NCBI GenBank assembly: GCA_031265105.1
Contig: JAISDC010000267.1
Coordinates: 6,448-70,447 of the forward strand
Length of the DNA stretch: 64,000 nt
DNA from: Verrucomicrobiales bacterium
GTDB lineage: Bacteria; Verrucomicrobiota; Verrucomicrobiia; Methylacidiphilales; JAAUTS01
Direction: 5' to 3'
Positions 8,718-15,945 of the stretch are shown here, in pieces. How positions within the stretch are numbered: the first letter of the stretch is position 1; every line of letters starts with the position of its first letter. The translations under genes and the position numbers were made by a program. Below the pieces are notes generated by a model. That model searched no databases and was not told the DNA's origin. It saw only the letters and a list, made by a program, of their open reading frames with translations.

Positions 8718-9233
8718 TCAGAAGTCCTCCAGTCTCATGGCAAAATCTATTTCGTGCCGGAGCGGTATCCCGTTCTGCCCGATATACGGTATGTCAGGCT
8801 TAAACGATTCCCGCTCCCGGTCTATCGCGCCCAAGTTCAAGCCGACCATGTCAAATCCGCGCTTTTGATAAAAGCCTATCGCGTTGATGTTGTCGTTCGA
8901 GGTCAACAGGCGCAGGATTGTACAACCGTTGGCAATGGCCGTCTGCTTTATATTATCAAGCAAAGCAGTACCAAGCCCGGTGCGTGGGCGTTCACTGTTG
9001 AGCGAAACAATTTCACAGGCATCACCGCGGATAATATAGGTCGCGAGTCCGATTACGTTTTCGCCGGATTCGTCCAACGCGATGAAGCCGGCGATTACGG
9101 CGCAGTCGATGATTTCGCTGCGAATCATTATTTGGGCGGTCTGCCACTTACGGGTGAGGTAAGTTGTCACAAGCTCGCGGGTCTCGGAGGTAATCGGCCT
9201 TATGCCGTGCGCGTTCGTCATATTGTAATTCAA
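8718..9233 (-). CDS. GNAT family N-acetyltransferase
   Basis: 171 aa with an acetyl-CoA-binding region (RPRTGLGTALLDNIKQTAIANG ... FYQKRGF). Visibly lower GC than the flanks. It lies between two copies of the bioD 5' end. Confidence 0.8.
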   Translation of the reverse strand: MNYNMTNAHGIRPITSETRELVTTYLTRKWQTAQIMIRSEIIDCAVIAGFIALDESGENVIGLATYIIRGDACEIVSLNSERPRTGLGTALLDNIKQTAIANGCTILRLLTSNDNINAIGFYQKRGFDMVGLNLGAIDRERESFKPDIPYIGQNGIPLRHEIDFAMRLEDF

Positions 9234-9449
9234 GCCTTTTCGATTCCCTATTTCAATCCTTGTAAATCCTGTTTCTCCGTGATTCCGGTTTTATCAGGTC
9301 GTGGCGGTACCCGTTCAAAGTCTTTGTCAAATCGTCCGGCGCATAAATCTCAAAATTTAAAATACCCGTCGCTGATGGCGCAGGTCAGCAACAGCGGCAA
9401 ATGGCGGCGCCTTGACAATTCACCGCGAATATATAATTCACACTAACAT

Positions 9450-9572
9450 GAAATCGGCTTCAACGCCCGCGCCGCGTTTCCGCGCCGCCGCAATTCCCGC
9501 ACCCACGCCGCCGTGACAAAGTTTTTCCAACGCCCGTGCCCGTGCCTGTGATGAAATTCCGCGCATATAAAT
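9450..9572 (-). pseudogene. Degenerate duplicate of the bioD 5' end (about codons 1-39 plus ~6 nt upstream)
   Basis: 9450..9572 aligns with 8512..8636 at ~80 % identity (by eye), including CCGCGCATATAAAT around the start codon. It is a direct repeat 938 bp from the functional copy. Confidence 0.8.
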
Positions 9573-9622
9573 CCCCAAAAGCCGTCAGCAACAACACTAT
9601 TCATGTGGCAAATCACACTGAC

Positions 9623-9650
9623 AAAAAACCCGTCGCTAACGACGGGTTTT
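9623..9650. terminator. Bidirectional rho-independent-type hairpin
   Basis: AAAAAA-CCCGTCG-CTAA-CGACGGG-TTTT: a 7-bp GC stem flanked by an A-run and a T-run. Confidence 0.5.
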
Positions 9651-9690
9651 GCGCTATAGCTTGGTTACGTTGCCCCAAAAGGCAAGAGGC

Positions 9691-9720
9691 TTGACCAAGC
9701 ATCACAGTTTTGAATATATT
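9691..9720 (+). promoter_or_regulatory. Candidate sigma70-type promoter for the Abi-like gene
   Basis: TTGACC (9691-9696), a 17-18 nt spacer, then ATATAT/TATATT (9714-9720), about 30 nt upstream of the ATG at 9750. Confidence 0.35.
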
Positions 9721-9749
9721 TCACGCGGCAGAACTGTCAAATATAAACT

Positions 9750-10421
9750 ATGGATTTCAATCAATTCCAAAAATTTTTTTCTGCGATGCGGGTTAATCGT
9801 TATTTGCAAGCCGTTCATGGCGAATCGGACGCCGCCATCAAATTATACCGAAACAATCTGAAAATCGCGCGCGCTTTTCATCCCTTGCTTGGCATTGTGG
9901 AAGTGGCATTACGCAACCGTCTCAATGATTTGCTGACGGTATATTTTCATGACGCGGACTGGATTATTAATCAGAAGAATGGATTCATGTCGGATTCGTC
10001 GTTAACCAACAGCTTTTTACGAGACGAGGTAACGCGAGCGGAAAAAAGATTAAAGCGTATGGGCGTGCCAGTAACGGCGGGAAAAATCATCGCTGAACAA
10101 TCATTCGGTTTTTGGTCGGATTTGTTCGCCAAATATCATTACCGGATTTTGCAAGGACGGGTCATCAAAGCATTTGTCAATCTGCCGCCAAACTGCGGGC
10201 GCAAGGAAGTCTATCGCAAGCTCGGGCAAATCAGAAAATTTCGCAACCGCATCAATCATAACGAACCGGTTTGTTTCAAAGGTGACACGGCGGATTTTAC
10301 TGAGGCACTGAAGGTGCATCAATCCATTGTCTGCATTTTGCAATGGCTGGGACCGGAATTATCTGAATTTGTCACGGGACTGGACGAAGTTCGGTATGAA
10401 ATTTCTAGCGCCGCGTCATAG
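9750..10421 (+). CDS. Abi-like protein (Abi_2 / AbiD-AbiF family)
   Basis: 223 aa. The N-terminal pattern (F..FS..R...YL.....D...A..LY..N..IA.AF...L..VEV.LRN) and C-terminal RNRINH-type helix match my recollection of PF07751 proteins. The surrounding island is low-GC. Confidence 0.7.
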   Translation: MDFNQFQKFFSAMRVNRYLQAVHGESDAAIKLYRNNLKIARAFHPLLGIVEVALRNRLNDLLTVYFHDADWIINQKNGFMSDSSLTNSFLRDEVTRAEKRLKRMGVPVTAGKIIAEQSFGFWSDLFAKYHYRILQGRVIKAFVNLPPNCGRKEVYRKLGQIRKFRNRINHNEPVCFKGDTADFTEALKVHQSIVCILQWLGPELSEFVTGLDEVRYEISSAAS

Positions 10422-10449
10422 CGATAAATAAAATTCAAATTTCAAAAAA

Positions 10450-10476
10450 CGCTGACGGTGAAACTCATCGTCAGCG
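10450..10476 (+). terminator. Hairpin formed by an inverted pair of the abundant motif (CGCTGACG-11 nt-CGTCAGCG)
   Basis: 8-bp stem located 29 nt after the Abi-like stop codon and preceded by an A-run. No strong T-tract follows, so terminator function is tentative. Confidence 0.35.
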
Positions 10477-10526
10477 AAGACTAACATTTTCTTGCTCACC
10501 ATCAGCGGCTGGCTATTCTTTGTTGC

Positions 10527-11180
10527 ATGAGCCGAAAATACAAAATATGGATTGTCGTTGGCGCCTGTCTCGTTGTCTTTTGCTATGGTGCGCTGATGCT
10601 CATGCTCGCTTTTGTCCAAAATGACGAAAAATTATCTTTTACCAACGGAGGCTCATCCGTGTTGCGTGTCCCTCGCTTTTGTAAGGTTAGCAGTCAAAAT
10701 TTCGTTTACGCGAATAATCATGTGACCGTCAGCGGTCAAGCTAACACCACCGCCCGCAATTTTATCCCACAGCTTCAGCCGTTATCTTTGAAATTCAACG
10801 AAATGAGATTGCGCGTGACCGATGCCCCCGCTGACGGTGAAGTGATTATTCGCTCTGATTTAAAACTAAGAAAATTCAACTTAAAGTTAAAAACTCTCGT
10901 GGGTGTGCGTTCTTGGCCGCAGCCATCAGCGACGCGCGACACCAAACTGCTCAGCGTCAGCGTGATCATGACGCCTGACGGCCTCCGATTAAACGACGTG
11001 CCATGCACACAGAATGAATTGCCGTCCAAGTTGAGCGAGCTTGCCGCAAAATATTCCAATTCACTCATGCTTAATTTTACCCTGGCGGGCGAGATTCAAT
11101 ACGGCGATTTTTTCAAGGTCTTGCAACAATGCCAAATCCCGGCGTTCGGCAATTTCAGAGTATCTGAACTTCGCCGCTGA
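10527..11180 (+). CDS. Hypothetical membrane-anchored protein (weak ExbD/TolR-like C-terminal region)
   Basis: 217 aa with one N-terminal TM helix (IWIVVGACLVVFCYGALMLMLAF). The tail (VIMTPDGLRLNDVPCTQNELPSKLSELA...GEIQYGDFFKVLQQC) loosely resembles ExbD periplasmic domains. Confidence 0.5.
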   Translation: MSRKYKIWIVVGACLVVFCYGALMLMLAFVQNDEKLSFTNGGSSVLRVPRFCKVSSQNFVYANNHVTVSGQANTTARNFIPQLQPLSLKFNEMRLRVTDAPADGEVIIRSDLKLRKFNLKLKTLVGVRSWPQPSATRDTKLLSVSVIMTPDGLRLNDVPCTQNELPSKLSELAAKYSNSLMLNFTLAGEIQYGDFFKVLQQCQIPAFGNFRVSELRR

Positions 11181-11296
11181 CAGTCACCGTTTTTGCTTTT
11201 TCGGACAGTCGCCCAATTAATTTCCCCAAGGTTAATCTCCGCCGTCAGCGGTGCCTCGCGATATGTGAATGGCAAATGACTCGACACCACCGGTCG

Positions 11297-11324
11297 TTGA
11301 CAGCATGGTCAGCGACATTATACT
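11297..11324 (+). promoter_or_regulatory. Candidate promoter giving a leaderless or near-leaderless lepB mRNA
   Basis: TTGACA (11297-11302), a 16-nt spacer, then TATACT (11319-11324). The ATG lies at 11331, only 6 nt past the -10 element. Confidence 0.35.
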
Positions 11325-11330
11325 TCGCTC

Positions 11331-11939
11331 ATGACCACGCCGCCGCCGCTGCCCGTCCCGTTCCCGCACCGTTGTTCAACCGAAGCGCTTTGGAAAAAAA
11401 CCGTCATTGGATTATGCCTGTTTTCAGCACTTATCGGCACGACACTTTTATTGTTGCGGCTTACCGGAGGGCTGCGCTGTTTCTTTGTGCCGACCAACAG
11501 TATGGCACCGGCGGTCGCTGCCGGTGACCATATCATCATGGACGGCGTTTCATTTTGGTTTCGCGAGCCTCGGCGCGGCGACATCGCCATTTTCAAGACC
11601 GGCGACATTCCCAGATGGCCGGATAATATTTTCGCCCAACGCATTGCCGGTTTGCCGGGTGATAAAATTAAAATCTCCGATGGCAATTTATTCATCAACG
11701 GCGCGCAAGTCTTTTTGTACAATCGCAACGGCAACATCATTTACACCCTGCCGGACCAACGGTCGGATGCCAGGTACCTTACCGAAACAACCGTGCCGCC
11801 GGACTGCTACTTCATGCTGGGCGACAATTCCGCAAACAGCTTCGACAGCCGTTACCGGGGCGTTGTCCCGCGCCGCGCCATCATGGGACGCGCTCTTTAT
11901 TGTTATTATCCGCTCGCCAGAACCGGCGTGATTCAATAA
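11331..11939 (+). CDS. lepB: Signal peptidase I
   Basis: 202 aa with S26 boxes: SMAPAV (catalytic Ser), GDHIIMD, RRGDIAIF, QRIAGLPGDKI and MLGDNSANSFDSRY. Confidence 0.85.
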   Translation: MTTPPPLPVPFPHRCSTEALWKKTVIGLCLFSALIGTTLLLLRLTGGLRCFFVPTNSMAPAVAAGDHIIMDGVSFWFREPRRGDIAIFKTGDIPRWPDNIFAQRIAGLPGDKIKISDGNLFINGAQVFLYNRNGNIIYTLPDQRSDARYLTETTVPPDCYFMLGDNSANSFDSRYRGVVPRRAIMGRALYCYYPLARTGVIQ

Positions 11940-12043
11940 GCGACGACAGCCACAACGTCATCATGACCGACATTTTATTCATCAATTCCCATCCACAAAT
12001 TAATGCTCGCCAAAAATCCGCGCACATCCGCGTAATCTGCGGA

Positions 12044-13411
12044 TTAATTCACAACCTCTTCGATCCCCTTGCACAACGCGCTGACCATGACGTCAACTTC
12101 AGCGGGCGTCGTCGTGTACGGCGGCATCAACAGCAACACATCACGCCCAGCCGGGCGCGTGAGCAGGCCGTGTTTTTTCGCCGCCTCGCACACGCGCGCG
12201 CCGACGCGCAGCGACGGGTCAAACGGCTCGCGCGTGGAAAAATCCTTCACCAATTCGATTGCCAGAATACAGCCCTCCTGCCGCACGTCGCCGACCGCTG
12301 GCAGTGACCAAAATTTTTCATGCGCCGCTGTCAACGCCGCTGCCAATCGCCGCTGACGGTCGGCGCAATTGTCGCTTTGCAAAATATCCAACGTCGCCAG
12401 CGCCGCCGCGCAACCGAGTTGGTTGCCGGTGTAACTGTGACCGTGGAAAAATGTCCGCGTCGCGTCGCCGCGAAAACCGTCAAAAATTTTCTCTGTCAGC
12501 AACGTCACCGCCAGCGGCAGATAACCACCGGTGAGCGCCTTCGCCAGCGCAACCAAATCCGGCGCGACCTGTTCTTTTTGCCACGCGAATATCGCGCCCG
12601 TGCGTCCGAAGCCGGTCATCACTTCGTCGAGAATCACCAGCGCGCCGTGCCGTTGCGCGATGGCGCAGGTTTCCGCCAGATAATTGTCCGGATGCATGAT
12701 GAAGCCCGCCGCCCCTTGCACGCGCGGCTCGACGACCCACGCCGCCGCGCGCGCACCGTCAGCGGCGAATTTTTTCTCCACCGCTGCGATACACTCGCGC
12801 CCGCACCGCGCGTAAGCGCGCGCGTCAGCGCGTTGCGGCGCGGCTTGGTTGAACGGGCAGCGGTAGCAATACGGCACCGGCACCTCGTCCGACTCGAACA
12901 GCATGTTTCTATAACAATGATGAAACAACTTGCTATGCCCGACGCTCATCGCGCCGACCGTGTCCCCGTGATACCCCGCTGACAGTGACACGAATTTTTT
13001 CCGTTGCGGCTCGCCGTTCTGCGCGAAAAACTGATACGTGATTTTCAACGCCGCCTCAATCGCCGTCGCCCCGTCGTCGGAAAAAAAGCAGCGCGTGAGC
13101 CGGTCATCGTCAGCGAGTTCGACCAGCCGTTTCCCCAACACCGGCGCGAGTTCATTGGTCAGCCCAAGGAACGACGAATGAGCAATCCGGTCAAGCTGCG
13201 CCCTAATCGCCCCGCTGACCGTGGCGTTGCGATGCCCGTGAATATTCGTCCAAATGGAAGAATTGCCGTCGAGATATTTATTCCCCTGGTCGTCGCACAA
13301 CCACGACCCGTCCCCGCTGACAATGACCGTCGGCGCATAATCCGCTGCCAGCCAGGCATCCGTCAGCGTGAACGGATGCCACAAATATTTTTTATCCAGC
13401 GCGGCGGGCAT
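12044..13411 (-). CDS. bioA: Adenosylmethionine-8-amino-7-oxononanoate aminotransferase
   Basis: Class-III PLP aminotransferase (YLWHPFT, GNSSIWTNIHGH, SAGYHGDT, ILDEVMTGFGRTG). The start was moved from 13465 to MPAALDKKYLW (13411) because the first 18 ORF codons are REP-A sequence. Confidence 0.9.
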   Translation of the reverse strand: MPAALDKKYLWHPFTLTDAWLAADYAPTVIVSGDGSWLCDDQGNKYLDGNSSIWTNIHGHRNATVSGAIRAQLDRIAHSSFLGLTNELAPVLGKRLVELADDDRLTRCFFSDDGATAIEAALKITYQFFAQNGEPQRKKFVSLSAGYHGDTVGAMSVGHSKLFHHCYRNMLFESDEVPVPYCYRCPFNQAAPQRADARAYARCGRECIAAVEKKFAADGARAAAWVVEPRVQGAAGFIMHPDNYLAETCAIAQRHGALVILDEVMTGFGRTGAIFAWQKEQVAPDLVALAKALTGGYLPLAVTLLTEKIFDGFRGDATRTFFHGHSYTGNQLGCAAALATLDILQSDNCADRQRRLAAALTAAHEKFWSLPAVGDVRQEGCILAIELVKDFSTREPFDPSLRVGARVCEAAKKHGLLTRPAGRDVLLLMPPYTTTPAEVDVMVSALCKGIEEVVN

Positions 13412-13414
13412 CGG

Positions 13415-13452
13415 AAAATTTAACCACAGATTTACACAGATGGACACCGATA
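13415..13452. repeat. REP-A half element (TTAACCACAGATTTACACAGATGGACACCGAT)
   Basis: Member of the GTGTYCATCCGTGTCCATCCGTGGTTAAAA family seen at eight sites in the window. Confidence 0.75.
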
Positions 13453-13526
13453 GTTTGATTTTCAATATTTACAGATAGGAGCCATATAGTGTGTTATCGT
13501 CAGCGTCAGGGCTAGGGCGGCAGGCG

Positions 13527-14386
13527 TTAAAATATGTGTCCCGTATTTTTTTCAATCAGTTGGTCGTCGCGGTAATCGAAGCCGAATGATTTGTGTCCGT
13601 TCGTGGAAACAAAGACATACGTACCGAAATTTTCCCTCACGCCTATCATGATCGCCCAAGTGTCAAATTCGTCGGTGCCGAGCACGACCGCTGGCAAATC
13701 GGCGAATTTTTGCGTGCCGTCGCTGATGAAACGCTCGCCTAGTCGCAGCGCTTGCCAGTCCGCTTCGCTACGGATGACTTGCCATTTGCCGGATCGTTCT
13801 TTTACTGTCAGCGTGCCATAGACCGCGCGCTGCGCATCCCGCCGGTGCCGAGCGTTTCATAACGCGGCGGTCAAAAATATACAGCCGCTGCGGACCACGG
13901 TCAGCGCTTCGTTTGCCGAGTCGGGTTTCGTCAAGCACATCTTCCAGTGCGGCGCGCGCGGTGTCGTCTTTCAGCGCGTCCAGCCCGTTCCGCGTAATCG
14001 CTCACTTGTGTTGCCCATTTGTCAAACTCATCCGTGCCGGCCACCACGGTCTGCGGGCCGAGTTTTTCCCGCCGTTCGCCGGAGACCAATTCCGCCCATT
14101 GGACTTCTGATTTTATCATTTTCCACTGACCGTCATTTTTACTCGTGGTCAGTGTGCCGCTGATGGTGGCGGTCATGCCGGCGTCGGCGGTTTTCTTCAC
14201 CACGCGACGGTCGAGCACGCTGTCCTTGATGTCGCTGGCTTCGTTCAATAACAAACAGTTTTCCAACAGCCGAGCCTGCAACTGGCGGCGGTCTTGCACC
14301 GTCAGGCGTTCGTAGCGTAACGAAAGGATGTCGTCATTTGGCGGGCGGATTAGCGGCCTGACTTTTCGGCCCGGCGGTGTTACCAT
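13527..14386 (-). pseudogene. Hypothetical two-module protein gene disrupted by two +1 frameshifts
   Basis: Three consecutive frames each carry part of a coherent product. Two similar modules are present (GTLTTSKNDGQWKMIKSEVQWAELVSGERREKLGPQTVVAGTDEFDKWA and GTLTVKERSGKWQVIRSEADWQALRLGERFISDGTQKFADLPAVVLGTDEFDTWA). The last segment has no start codon of its own. Confidence 0.45.
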
Positions 14387-14392
14387 CAGCGC

Positions 14393-15286
14393 GTGAAAAT
14401 CCTGACTCCCGGCGACTGGCCGGATTACGAATTGATTGACAGCGGCGGCGGCGAGAAGCTGGAGCGGTTCGGCGCCCGCGTGTTGCGGCGGCCGGAGCCG
14501 AAGGCGGTGTGGGCGCGGTCGCTGCCGGCGGACGAGTGGCGGCGGCTGGCGGACACGACGTTCACGGCGGGCGTCGGCCTCGGCCAGCCGGGGCGGGAGG
14601 ACCGCGGGACGTGGCGCGCGGACGGCGGGCGGCGCGAGCGGTGGTCGGTGCGCTTCCAGTATCAGCGGCTGGATTTGCGCCTGCGGCTGGGGCTGACCGC
14701 GTTCAAGCACGTCGGCGTGTTTCCCGAACAGGCGCCGAACTGGCGGTGGATTTATGACACGACGCGGTCGCTGCCGGTGACCGCGCCGCGGGTGCTGAAC
14801 TTGTTCGCCTACACGGGCGGCGCGTCACTGGCGGCGCGCGCGGCGGGGGCAGCGGTGACGCATGTGGACTCGGTGCGGCAAGTCGTGACCTGGGCGCGGG
14901 AGAACATGACGGCGTCGGGGCTGACGGACATCCGCTGGATTGTGGACGACGCACTGAAGTTCGCGCAACGCGAGGCGCGGCGCGGCAGTGTGTATCACGG
15001 CATCCTGCTCGACCCGCCCGCCTACGGCCACGGCGTTGACGGTCAGCGGTGGAAGCTGGACGAGAATATTTTGGAGTTGCTGCAAACGTGCCGCGCAATC
15101 CTGGCGCCGCGCGACAGTTTCCTGTTGTTGAACTTGTACTCCAACGGCTTCTCCGCGCTGGTGGCGGACACGCTGACGCAGACGGTCTTTGGTCCCGCCC
15201 GCGAGCGCGAGTGCGGGGAGCTGGCGCTGACTGACCGTTTCAACAAGCGTCTGCCGCTGAGTGTGTTTTCGCGGGTGCGATTATAG
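14393..15286 (+). CDS. Class I SAM-dependent methyltransferase (COG1092 / RlmI-like)
   Basis: 297 aa with a GTG start. Motifs include DYELIDSGGGEKLERFG, the SAM-binding VLNLFAYTGGASLAAA, and LLDPPAYG. Confidence 0.8.
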   Translation: MKILTPGDWPDYELIDSGGGEKLERFGARVLRRPEPKAVWARSLPADEWRRLADTTFTAGVGLGQPGREDRGTWRADGGRRERWSVRFQYQRLDLRLRLGLTAFKHVGVFPEQAPNWRWIYDTTRSLPVTAPRVLNLFAYTGGASLAARAAGAAVTHVDSVRQVVTWARENMTASGLTDIRWIVDDALKFAQREARRGSVYHGILLDPPAYGHGVDGQRWKLDENILELLQTCRAILAPRDSFLLLNLYSNGFSALVADTLTQTVFGPARERECGELALTDRFNKRLPLSVFSRVRL

Positions 15287-15343
15287 ACCATCGGGTTGAT
15301 TTTATCTCGCCGGTAAAATCAACTGGCAAACAGGCTATTGTTT

Positions 15344-15547
15344 TTAGGCAACCGGTTTTCTTTTATTGCGAAAACAAAGAATGGCGATGATGAGTCCAAT
15401 GGCTATGGCGACCAGATGTGCCATATATACGGTAACAGTATAATCTCCCGCGGTTTCACCACTGATTAGCTTGGACAGCAAGGCAATTAGGTGTGCAAGA
15501 GCGAATAACGCGGCAAGTGAGCCGATAACATAACGGAGGATTTTCAT
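15344..15547 (-). CDS. Small hypothetical membrane protein (2 TM helices)
   Basis: 67 aa (GSLAALFALAHLIALL ... LVAIAIGLIIAILCF). It sits in a ~345-bp low-GC insert between duplicated methyltransferase 3' ends. Confidence 0.45.
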   Translation of the reverse strand: MKILRYVIGSLAALFALAHLIALLSKLISGETAGDYTVTVYMAHLVAIAIGLIIAILCFRNKRKPVA

Positions 15548-15625
15548 GCTTCATCATGATTTATGGAGAGATTGAGAATTTGTCAAATTTATTTTAAGGA
15601 ATCACCCTGACCGGGCAATTGGCAC

Positions 15626-15774
15626 TTCAACGGTTTTCCGCACTGGCGGCCGACACGCTGACGCTGACCGTCTTCGGTCCCGCCCGCGAGCGCGAGTGCG
15701 GGGAGTTGGCGCTGACCGACCGTTTCAACAAGCGTCTGCCGCTGAGTGTGTTTTCACGGGTGAAGTTCGCGTAA
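15626..15774 (+). pseudogene. Duplicate of the methyltransferase 3' end (last ~45 codons plus an alternative stop)
   Basis: 15626..15762 aligns with 15140..15277 at ~88 % (by eye). It ends ...SRVKFA-TAA, versus ...SRVRL-TAG in the intact gene. Confidence 0.8.
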
Positions 15775-15806
15775 CCTTGCCCTCCAACCGCAAAGCCGCC
15801 GAGGCG

Positions 15807-15904
15807 CGCAGCGCTTTGGAGTGCGGCAGTCCCCTGCCGATTTCTTCGACAGCATACGGAAAAAACCAAAGCGGCACAGGAGTGCCGCATTCCAAAGCGC
15901 TGCG
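15807..15904. repeat. REP-like hairpin, family D (CGCAGCGCTTTGGAGTGCGGCA ... TGCCGCATTCCAAAGCGCTGCG)
   Basis: 22-bp arms with one mismatch and a ~54-nt loop. Confidence 0.8.
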
Positions 15905-15945
15905 CGCTGACCGTGTCCACCCACCGCATGGCAACTGCCATTGAA

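Noticed and set aside
8034-9446. 470-aa plus-strand ORF across bioD and the GNAT gene
   Set aside because: It is antisense to both genes. The sequence is extremely Arg/Gln/His-rich and lacks any motif.
13931-14710. Full 259-aa ORF as a real gene with its N-terminus overlapping the methyltransferase gene
   Set aside because: The first 108 residues (Pro/Arg/Ala-rich) are antisense to the methyltransferase CDS. Only the part from M109 (14386) looks genuine, and it is itself frameshifted downstream.
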